A stretch of DNA of 64,000 nt from Candidatus Omnitrophota bacterium (GTDB lineage: Bacteria > Omnitrophota > Gorgyraeia > JAHJTE01), in assembly GCA_018830005.1 (NCBI GenBank), contig JAHJTE010000003.1, positions 135,674 through 199,673 on the forward strand. The letters are read 5' to 3'. A program made the translations under genes and the position numbers. Shown here piece by piece: positions 27,932 to 35,936 of the stretch (position 1 is the first letter of the stretch; each line of letters opens with the position of its first letter). Under the pieces are notes generated by a model. That model did no database searches, had not been told where the DNA came from, and saw only the letters and a program-made list of their open reading frames with translations.

Positions 27932-29359
27932 ATGGCTGAAGACGATATTTATGGGAACAAAAGGCATTATGAGAATTTTAAGCAAAATATTAGGTATCTT
28001 ACTCTGCCACCTGATGTTTATCTTAAGGTAGTGCTGAGAGATCCAATAATCCCGTTAAGAGGTTCCAGAAGAAAATATTATTGTCTTAACAAGGCGAACC
28101 TCTCTTATTTTTACCAGATGGTTGAGTACTTGGAGGCAAAAGACATGTCTTATATCGCAAGGATGAGAATTCTTCGGGATATCCTGTTCATCTGCCACCA
28201 TGTCCCTAAAAACCTTGAAGAATGCACCAGGGAAGACATAAACAAGCTAATGGCACACGCCCACCGCAGTTATAAAACACCTTCCAGCAAAAACCACTTC
28301 ATCAAACACCTGAGATACATCTGGAAAATCCTATTTCCAGAAAAGGACTCGCACGGCAGAACAGAGGATACTATCACACCTTATCCCGTTAGGCACGTCT
28401 CTCCAAGCATCGATAAAAGCAGACAAAAAATACGCAAGGACAAATTCACAACACAAGAACTCCAAAACATAATCAGCTATTTCGGAAAAGACCCAAGAAT
28501 GCAAGCATACCTGACACTAGCCCTAGAAAGCCTCGGCAGGCCGCAAGAACTGCTTTACCTCCGAATAGGCAACGTCGAGATGCACGACAACTATGCCAAA
28601 ATCTTTCTTTCCGAACACGGCAAAGAAGGAACAGGCATACTTCAATGCATAGACAGCTACCCATACCTCCTTAAATGGCTTAACCAACATCCGCTAAAGA
28701 ACAACCCCCAAGCATTCCTCTTTGTAAACACGGGAACAACCAACACACTCGAACAATTCAAGCCAACAAACATAAACAAAATGCTGGCAAAAGCCGTTAA
28801 GGACCTCCGAATAAACAAGCCAATAACATGCTATAGCCTAAAAAGAAACGGCGTAACCCTAAGAAGGCTTAGAGGAGAAAGCGACATGGAAATACAGCAC
28901 GCCGCCAGATGGACAAGCACGCAAGTCCTGAAAACATACGACCAAAGCAGCCAAAACGAAGCCCTAAAGCTGCAACTCCAAAAAAGAGGCCTGATACCAG
29001 TAGCCACCGACAATAACCCTCTCACAAACAAGAAATGCGCCTTCTGCAACACCGTAGCCGGCAGCACAGACATCACCTGCCCGCAATGCAAGCGCCCACT
29101 AGACAGGAAACACGTAATCGAGGAAACAAAAAAAGACGAGCAAATACAAAACCTAAAAGAAACAGTAAGCCAATTCACCAAGCAAATATCCACCATGAAA
29201 CAAGAAATACTACAAGACCTGGCAAAAGAAATACTACACAATCAGCAAGGCTACAGGCCGGACAACCGGGAAGACACGGGAAACTTTTCATCCAAGAGCT
29301 CCTCAAAAACACCCGTCAGCGACTTACCCTTAGAAACCTCGCGCTTCAAAGCCCTATAA
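27932..29359 (+). CDS. tyrosine-type site-specific recombinase with C-terminal zinc ribbon
   Basis: C-terminal H..R...Y-like block (HAARWTSTQVLKTYD) and CAFCN...CPQC. Start at MAEDD with SD gaggtga. Confidence 0.5.
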   Translation: MAEDDIYGNKRHYENFKQNIRYLTLPPDVYLKVVLRDPIIPLRGSRRKYYCLNKANLSYFYQMVEYLEAKDMSYIARMRILRDILFICHHVPKNLEECTREDINKLMAHAHRSYKTPSSKNHFIKHLRYIWKILFPEKDSHGRTEDTITPYPVRHVSPSIDKSRQKIRKDKFTTQELQNIISYFGKDPRMQAYLTLALESLGRPQELLYLRIGNVEMHDNYAKIFLSEHGKEGTGILQCIDSYPYLLKWLNQHPLKNNPQAFLFVNTGTTNTLEQFKPTNINKMLAKAVKDLRINKPITCYSLKRNGVTLRRLRGESDMEIQHAARWTSTQVLKTYDQSSQNEALKLQLQKRGLIPVATDNNPLTNKKCAFCNTVAGSTDITCPQCKRPLDRKHVIEETKKDEQIQNLKETVSQFTKQISTMKQEILQDLAKEILHNQQGYRPDNREDTGNFSSKSSSKTPVSDLPLETSRFKAL

Positions 29360-29885
29360 TGGCCAGACTTAACACGAAAAGCAACCCACACCTTAGCCAT
29401 AAGGCACACCTCGCTCAGAAACCACATAGTTAGCTCTGGAATAAATCAGGCGAAAGAACAGCAGCCTCTTCTCGCGCGGCAAATAAGATAAGTTTGCCTT
29501 AACAAAATCATCCAAGCTACTAAAGCCTTGGCTGCGCACAATTCCTTCCAAACAATCGTTATTCATCTATCCAGAAGTAGTAACTACTTTTAATATAAGC
29601 TTTGCACTGACAACGCACTTAATCCTTCAGTGCATCTTCTATGAGCTTGACAACGTCAAGCTGGCCCCTGCCGCGCTCAGTAAGCTCGCCCTTACGTTCG
29701 AGTTCCTCACAGTCAGCCTTGACCCGCTCAACCACAGCCATAACTTTTTCTAGCTTCGACTCCATAGTAAATCACCTCGCGAGAACACCCCTTTTTTTCC
29801 AAAAGAACACAATTAATATCCTGAATAACCACCAAATATATAAGCCTTATGCCCCCAATTTATCCCGCAAGTTCTTCAGCACTGA

Positions 29886-29899
29886 TTCAGTGTAAATCT
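29886..29899 (+). promoter_or_regulatory. TTTTCAGTGYAAA motif copy 5 (ttcagtgtaaatct)
   Basis: 35 nt upstream of ATG 29934. Confidence 0.35.
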
Positions 29900-29933
29900 T
29901 AATTACACGCAGTACCCCTCAAGCATAAAAAAG

Positions 29934-30206
29934 ATGGTAGACTTAAACACATACGCCTGGGTAGTCAGAGGCAAACAACGCACAGCAACACTCAAAACAA
30001 TCACACACCAAATGACACCCAGCCAAATATGCAAAAAGAGCAAGCAATACGACGAAAAAATAAGCCTCAACAACACAAGCGACACACTCCGAAGCCTCGT
30101 CAGACAAGGACTGGCAACATGCTTGAATCCGGAAGCAAAAACAGGAAGGCTATACAAGCTTACAGAAATGGGAGAAGGAATAAAAGAAGAACTAATGAAA
30201 GGATAA
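29934..30206 (+). CDS. small wHTH DNA-binding protein
   Basis: TLRSLVRQGLA...GRLYKLTEMG is a winged-helix pattern. Confidence 0.35.
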   Translation: MVDLNTYAWVVRGKQRTATLKTITHQMTPSQICKKSKQYDEKISLNNTSDTLRSLVRQGLATCLNPEAKTGRLYKLTEMGEGIKEELMKG

Positions 30207-30207
30207 A

Positions 30208-31734
30208 TCAATAGTTCTTGTAGAATGCTTCCGCGGTGAATTTCATGAATTCGTCTTTTTTATCAATACTTCTGCTTATTACTTGCCAAGGTTCCAATCT
30301 GGCTATTTCTGTTTGAAGGTCCTTAGCGGTTTTTGTGTTGCACCCGAGGATTTCTTGGACGGATGATGACGAAACTCCCTCGCATTGAAAAATAAAGGCA
30401 AATTCTAGGAGTTCTTGGAAATTAAAGAATTTTTGTTGGTAGTCGTTTGGTGATTGGCTGGCGAAGAATACGACGACCCCTTTTGATCTGCCTTCTCGGA
30501 TTATTTTTTCAAGGAAGATATTTTTTTGGCCCAGATAATTATGTGCTTCATCAAATACTAGGATCGTTCTTATAGTTCGCCTATTGTTTTCGACGGGGCT
30601 ATCAGGCATGGTTGTCATTTCTTTGTATAGTCTTTCTATTACTAGGTATGCCACTAATTCCTTAAGCACTGGCATTGTGTGGACGTCTATTAGTAATGTT
30701 CGGTCTGTCAGTCTTTCTATTGGTGGAATTTCTGATCCGTGGGACCAGAATAGGTCAAAGTCAGATAGGTCTCTTAACACTTCTATAAGACTGTCATCAC
30801 GTTTTCCTTGTTCTTCATAGGTGATGCGGGCTATTTCGTAGACATCTCTAAAGTCTGGGTATGGTTTATCGGTGTTGGCTCTTCGGGAATAAGCTGCGCG
30901 GATTGTTTCTGTTAAAGCGCCTTTTTGGACTACTCCTAATTTAGAGTTTATGGAAGCAAAACTTTCTGCTTTTTCTCTTGCGGATACATTTATTGTTTGT
31001 TCGTCATATGCCGGCAGAATAAATGGATTTATGGGTAATGTTTGGGCTCCCTGCAGCAAACGATAAAGCTGAACCTTCGAATTGTCTAGGAACTTCTGGT
31101 TGTCTCCAACATCACCCTTATAATCAAAATAAATAAAGTTTGTTTGGAAATTTGACTGTAAACGAATATCTGTAAGAATCTTTAGAAGAAACTGAGTCTT
31201 CCCAACCCCAGGCTTCCCCATAATCGCCAAGTGAGAATTCGCATGAATATTTGTGTTGTTTAACTCTATAACAACATCAGATTTTTGCAATAGCGTCTTT
31301 CCAAGCAGAATTTCGAATCCCTTCCCAAGCATTTCCTTCCTTCCTTTAAACTCGACTTTGGAAACTAATTTCTTTATTAGCAGGTCTGCATTATTTCCGC
31401 ATTCTTCGAATATTCTTTGAAGCTTGATACTGCCATTATCTATATGGTTCTTCACAATTGATTTATTTGAGTAAAAATTTTCGTCGTTTATATCTGCTCG
31501 ATGATATACGGAACTTATTAATGTCTTAAGAAACACCTCATCAGCACCGATAAAGGTTGGTCGTTTAATTTCTGCACCGCTAAAATCTGTGTTTTCAGCG
31601 ACTTTTACTCCATCTTCTGTCAGAGAAAGCATGAACGCTATTCTAGCTAGTATATATTTCTCTAATTTTGTTTCCAGACGTAACGCACTCAATATCTCGT
31701 CTGTATCTCTTGATGTGTATAGTCTATCGGCCAT
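30208..31734 (-). CDS. HerA/FtsK-like (DUF87-type) P-loop ATPase
   Basis: Walker A AIMGKPGVGKTQFL. Walker B VFDEAHNYLG. FASQSP motif. Confidence 0.55.
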   Translation of the reverse strand: MADRLYTSRDTDEILSALRLETKLEKYILARIAFMLSLTEDGVKVAENTDFSGAEIKRPTFIGADEVFLKTLISSVYHRADINDENFYSNKSIVKNHIDNGSIKLQRIFEECGNNADLLIKKLVSKVEFKGRKEMLGKGFEILLGKTLLQKSDVVIELNNTNIHANSHLAIMGKPGVGKTQFLLKILTDIRLQSNFQTNFIYFDYKGDVGDNQKFLDNSKVQLYRLLQGAQTLPINPFILPAYDEQTINVSAREKAESFASINSKLGVVQKGALTETIRAAYSRRANTDKPYPDFRDVYEIARITYEEQGKRDDSLIEVLRDLSDFDLFWSHGSEIPPIERLTDRTLLIDVHTMPVLKELVAYLVIERLYKEMTTMPDSPVENNRRTIRTILVFDEAHNYLGQKNIFLEKIIREGRSKGVVVFFASQSPNDYQQKFFNFQELLEFAFIFQCEGVSSSSVQEILGCNTKTAKDLQTEIARLEPWQVISRSIDKKDEFMKFTAEAFYKNY

Positions 31735-31736
31735 GC

Positions 31737-33725
31737 TTAGTCCTCCCAGAAATAGCCGGTTCTAACGGTTGTAAGTTCTTGCTTAGAATCGAACTCTAGT
31801 TTTGCTGCTCCTGCAAGATGATTTGAGAGATTTCGATAATAATTCTTGTCTATTTCTGTATCCGTTGAAAGAATAATAACTTGTTCCCCTGCATTTGGGA
31901 AGTAGTTATTGACAATATTATCTCTGTGAGTACTATCTAGCCTTGATAGAGGAGTGTCAATTATGATAGGAAGCTTTAGTTGGCTTGTTTGGGCCAATCC
32001 CCACAGTAACGAAACGGCAAATACTTCTTTTTCTCCTGCAGAAAGTCCTGACTTCCTTATTTCATGGCCATTACGGTCAATAATTCTGATTTCATAGGTT
32101 TTGTCATCTATATTAATGTCTTTTATCAATCCGCCTTTACTGGATAGCAGCTTATACATTTCAAAGGTTTTCTCTTGAAGCAAGTGTACTTTATTTTTCC
32201 TTAGACGAACGACAAACTGGTTCAAAAGATTGGAGATAGCGTCACATTCTGAAATAAAATCTGCCTTGTCCTTTGAAAGGTGGTGTTTTTCATAAAGTTT
32301 CTCGATTTCTATTTCGATATCACGGATGCTATGGTCAATAGTCAATATCTCGTCTTCAATCATTCTAAGCTGCTCTGTTTTTCTCCCGATTTGAATGGAA
32401 CAATTTTCTATCTGGTCCTGAAGCATAGCAAATAATTCCCGTTCTGATTCGCTTGCCCCTTTCCCTCGACAAGAGCCTTCAATTTCTTTTATTTGAATTG
32501 TCAACTCCCTCTTTTCTTCTAAGAGAGGAGCAACCAAGAAGACATCACTTTTTTCTAGAGTTTCCATCTGATTCATCACTTTTGCAGAATCTCTTTCGGA
32601 GAGGCTAAGAACCTTTTCTACATGCGTCGAATCTCCTTCGCTAAGCAGTCGTTCAATGCGTCGTTCTAATTCCTTCATTTTCTCGATTGAAAGTTTTTCG
32701 CGATATATAGGTTCAGGTTCTTCAACTACTCGCACAATTTTCTTGGCAAGCTCTCCTGCGTGTTCACGAATTGCTTCGCCGTGATTAGTGTTGCGCTCTT
32801 TTTCAATTTGGGCCCTTACTTTATCGAAAAGTTTTCCAGCAAGTCCGAATGGCAGCGCTGATTCACATAGATGTTTTATTTCGCTATCTAGTTGGCTTAA
32901 CCTATTTGCTACCTGAATACGCCTTTTTTCATTCTGCCTGATAACATCTTTTGATTCTGGAGTTTCATGAAAGGCTGCTTGAAAACGTTTTTTTGCTTCT
33001 TCCTGTTGTTCAGTGAATTCTACAATTTCAGCCTTAATTTCGCCTTTTTCCGTACACTTTTTTTCTCGTTTGCTTTTTTCCCGTTTCAATTCACTTTGCT
33101 TGAATTCGAGGTCTGCATCAGAAATCTCGATGAAGCCTTTGCGTTCTTCTTGCTTAAGATAGGCCACATCACTTGCAAGCCTATTGATGTATTGGATGCC
33201 TAATGCCGCTTCTAAAGAAGTTTGTAAGCGAACTTCGGAATGGTCATCAGAAGCAATCTCTTGTATTTTTTCTCCATCAAAAAAGAAGAATTGAGTTATT
33301 CCTGGTGGAATCGCGGCACGAATATATTCTTGCCAAATATCTTTATTTTGCACGGTAACGCGTTTCCCGTCTTTTACTACGACGAGCCGTTCCGCTATGT
33401 CTTTTGATTTTGGATCTTCCACTGTCCCGGCTGACCATGTCCTTTTAATGATTAGTTCTGAACCGTCATCTTCTTCTATGGCGAGCTCAAAAGAAACTGC
33501 CGTGTTGTTCTTTGCTTTCTCTTTTCGGTTTATACAACGATATATTTCTTCGTTTTTTGCCCCATATAGGCAATAATTGACAGCCTCCATGATAGCCGTC
33601 TTACCCGACCCATTCATTCCTCCTATTAAAAAAATACTTTTTCCTTCTTCATTGTCTGGAAAAAGAATTTCTGTAGGAAATTGAAACGACTTATAGTTCT
33701 CAATTATTAACTTGCGTAGTTTCAT
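31737..33725 (-). CDS. SMC-like ABC ATPase (DndD/SbcC-like)
   Basis: N-terminal Walker A IGGMNGSGKTAIMEAV. Long coiled coil. Signature LSAGEKEVFAVSLL. Walker B LPIIIDTPLSRLD. 662 aa. Confidence 0.6.
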   Translation of the reverse strand: MKLRKLIIENYKSFQFPTEILFPDNEEGKSIFLIGGMNGSGKTAIMEAVNYCLYGAKNEEIYRCINRKEKAKNNTAVSFELAIEEDDGSELIIKRTWSAGTVEDPKSKDIAERLVVVKDGKRVTVQNKDIWQEYIRAAIPPGITQFFFFDGEKIQEIASDDHSEVRLQTSLEAALGIQYINRLASDVAYLKQEERKGFIEISDADLEFKQSELKREKSKREKKCTEKGEIKAEIVEFTEQQEEAKKRFQAAFHETPESKDVIRQNEKRRIQVANRLSQLDSEIKHLCESALPFGLAGKLFDKVRAQIEKERNTNHGEAIREHAGELAKKIVRVVEEPEPIYREKLSIEKMKELERRIERLLSEGDSTHVEKVLSLSERDSAKVMNQMETLEKSDVFLVAPLLEEKRELTIQIKEIEGSCRGKGASESERELFAMLQDQIENCSIQIGRKTEQLRMIEDEILTIDHSIRDIEIEIEKLYEKHHLSKDKADFISECDAISNLLNQFVVRLRKNKVHLLQEKTFEMYKLLSSKGGLIKDINIDDKTYEIRIIDRNGHEIRKSGLSAGEKEVFAVSLLWGLAQTSQLKLPIIIDTPLSRLDSTHRDNIVNNYFPNAGEQVIILSTDTEIDKNYYRNLSNHLAGAAKLEFDSKQELTTVRTGYFWED

Positions 33726-34360
33726 AGATGTTCCTCGCTAAGTTCCCAAATTCCTCGAGGCGAATTGTTCTTTAGTGTGCCATCTTGCGTCATTCGATAT
33801 CGTTCCCAATTAGTGTTATTCTGCCATATGTAATCATTTGTTGCTTTACGCCATTCGAGGTCTCGTGGCAAGAGCTTGCCGTCTAACATTTTTTCAATCT
33901 CTTCTCGGACCTTTCGTCCAGGTGCCGAGCCTCCCAATCTTTTCAAGGCTTTGATAATGAGTTCGCGAAGCACAGCTCCCTCAGTTTTAGGTGCACGTGA
34001 GTGAGTGCGTTTTTTCTTGCCCCTATTGTTTAGCGAATCACTTCCTCCTATGCGCTGCCTCAACTCGTTAACAATATCTTCAAATTCGTCAGCAAGATGA
34101 CCAAATAATTTGTCTGCATTATTGGGGCCGCTTAAGGCCGCTATCAACCTAGACTTTTCTGAACGAAGCGCATCTGGTACAGCTACATTTGCCTTTTCAA
34201 GTCGCTTAATGGTCTTGGTAATCTCCTGTAGTTGCTTCTCACGCTCTCTTATTTCACTTTTTTGCACGCTACTATCAAGATGCTTAATTACTTCTCGGCA
34301 AAGCTTTACGAGCAAAGTATGGTCTTTCAAATAAGGGGTAACATCTGGAGTAACGCTCAT
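33722..34360 (-). CDS. coiled-coil protein with C-terminal Mrr_N-like winged helix
   Basis: LRELIIKALKRLGGSAPGRKVREEIEKML...SPRGIWELSEE follows the Mrr_N pattern. Confidence 0.45.
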   Translation of the reverse strand: MSVTPDVTPYLKDHTLLVKLCREVIKHLDSSVQKSEIREREKQLQEITKTIKRLEKANVAVPDALRSEKSRLIAALSGPNNADKLFGHLADEFEDIVNELRQRIGGSDSLNNRGKKKRTHSRAPKTEGAVLRELIIKALKRLGGSAPGRKVREEIEKMLDGKLLPRDLEWRKATNDYIWQNNTNWERYRMTQDGTLKNNSPRGIWELSEEHL

Positions 34361-34551
34361 TAGCCGGCACCTTCGTTTGTCTCAAAATTGGTCTTCATAA
34401 TCTCACGCAAAGCATCGTAAATCCCTGCTCTGCGATCTTTAAATTCGTGTTCCTGAACGGTCTCAAGGAGCTTGATTACTTTATCAAAATTGACCTCGTG
34501 CTGACGGCAAAGGTCCTGCAAGAGTGTTTTGTCTTCATTTGTTAGATTCAT
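34360..34551 (-). CDS. small hypothetical protein (operon member)
   Basis: 63 aa. Start/stop overlaps on both sides. Confidence 0.3.
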   Translation of the reverse strand: MNLTNEDKTLLQDLCRQHEVNFDKVIKLLETVQEHEFKDRRAGIYDALREIMKTNFETNEGAG

Positions 34552-35936
34552 TTCTGCACCGCCTCTTCAATAAGATCCTCAACATGACGCTTGGCTGTTT
34601 CAAGTAGATTTTGAGATTCCCTAAGCGCCTGTTTAGATTGAATAACCAAATCAGCCAACTTATCCCTTTTACTTTTTGATAATAAGGGTATCTTCAATTT
34701 TTTTATAGATCCTAGTTTCCAATGTACAATTAAAGCACCTGAACATTCTCTTTCGATTTGCATGCGGCATGCTTTTGAATTGATTGCTAAAGCTAAATAT
34801 TCAGGAGAAATTGAAGGATCAATTATTGATAATCTAACTATTCCACTCGAAATTATACCATCTAAAAGAGTATCTAAACAGTAGCATACACCTGGTGTTC
34901 CATCCTTCGTCAGAAGCAATTCCCCTACTGCTGGCTTAAAAGCTGCTAGAGATTTAAATAAGCTATCGGAAATATATTTATCGCTGCTACCCGTGATAAT
35001 TCCCATCTCTTTCATGTTGCTTACTCTTGCAAAAAGTTTTCCTGAATCAGTATACTTTCCGCTGCCGACTTCTATACCTTTTGAAAAAGTGGCAATCTTT
35101 GAAAGAGGAATCGTTTGAATAGACGTCAAGTGGCTTTCAATCTGACGAAACGCAATCTGATAATAATCCGCATCTGCTCGATTGTTTCCCACTACCTCCG
35201 ACAGCCTTGCCTCATATGACAGCGGCTTGTCAAAGACAAGCTTGTCCAGCTCCAACTCGCTTTCCAGAAGCTCCTGCGCCTGAGCGTATAGGGATTTGGA
35301 GCTATCTAAAAGGGCAAATGATTTTTGTATTAAACTACCGATTTTATCTTGCAGAGATATAGGAGGGCTTGGTATTAAAATGCGTTCAACCTCACGACAG
35401 TTTAAATTTACCTGTTCAGTTTGGCGGGAATGTCTCCAAAGCTGGTCTCTACCCATTTTGATTTGCAAATAAGCAGTCAAATAATAAGGATTTAAGGAAT
35501 TACTAGTCTTTATAATAGCAACATTTTGATTTGTTACTCTCTTAGGGTCAACAGATCTGATTATTGCAGCACGACCAACAATCTCATGAGTTGCACCTAT
35601 TATTGTTACAACAACACTGTCATCGTTAATATAGTCCTTAGGCGATAAAGCGTACTCTGGAATAAAGTCACAATTATCGTAATCTATACGCCCCTCACGT
35701 AATGTATTGGTCTTAATAAAATGAACAGTGGAGTCATTTTTAGTTATTCTCCGGTTTCGTGGTGTTCTTCCAGTTCGCACTGGTTCAGATATCATTTTAG
35801 AAAGCCGTTTGACATCATACTTTTGTGAAAATGATTTCCAAACTGAATCTTCCCAGAGATAATGGGGTTTATAAAATTCACTATCAATTCTTGTATACTG
35901 AATGTCGGATATTTTTACTTCACTCCAAACAGCCAT
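34548..35936 (-). CDS. hsdS: HsdS-like DNA specificity subunit (two TRDs)
   Basis: RIDSEFYKP is a conserved S-subunit motif. 462 aa. Confidence 0.6.
   Translation of the reverse strand: MAVWSEVKISDIQYTRIDSEFYKPHYLWEDSVWKSFSQKYDVKRLSKMISEPVRTGRTPRNRRITKNDSTVHFIKTNTLREGRIDYDNCDFIPEYALSPKDYINDDSVVVTIIGATHEIVGRAAIIRSVDPKRVTNQNVAIIKTSNSLNPYYLTAYLQIKMGRDQLWRHSRQTEQVNLNCREVERILIPSPPISLQDKIGSLIQKSFALLDSSKSLYAQAQELLESELELDKLVFDKPLSYEARLSEVVGNNRADADYYQIAFRQIESHLTSIQTIPLSKIATFSKGIEVGSGKYTDSGKLFARVSNMKEMGIITGSSDKYISDSLFKSLAAFKPAVGELLLTKDGTPGVCYCLDTLLDGIISSGIVRLSIIDPSISPEYLALAINSKACRMQIERECSGALIVHWKLGSIKKLKIPLLSKSKRDKLADLVIQSKQALRESQNLLETAKRHVEDLIEEAVQK

Noticed and set aside
29619-29765. 48-aa coiled-coil ORF on the minus strand (MESKLEKVMAVVERVKADCEELERKG...)
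   Set aside because: Plausible but below any evidential threshold. No SD, no motif.
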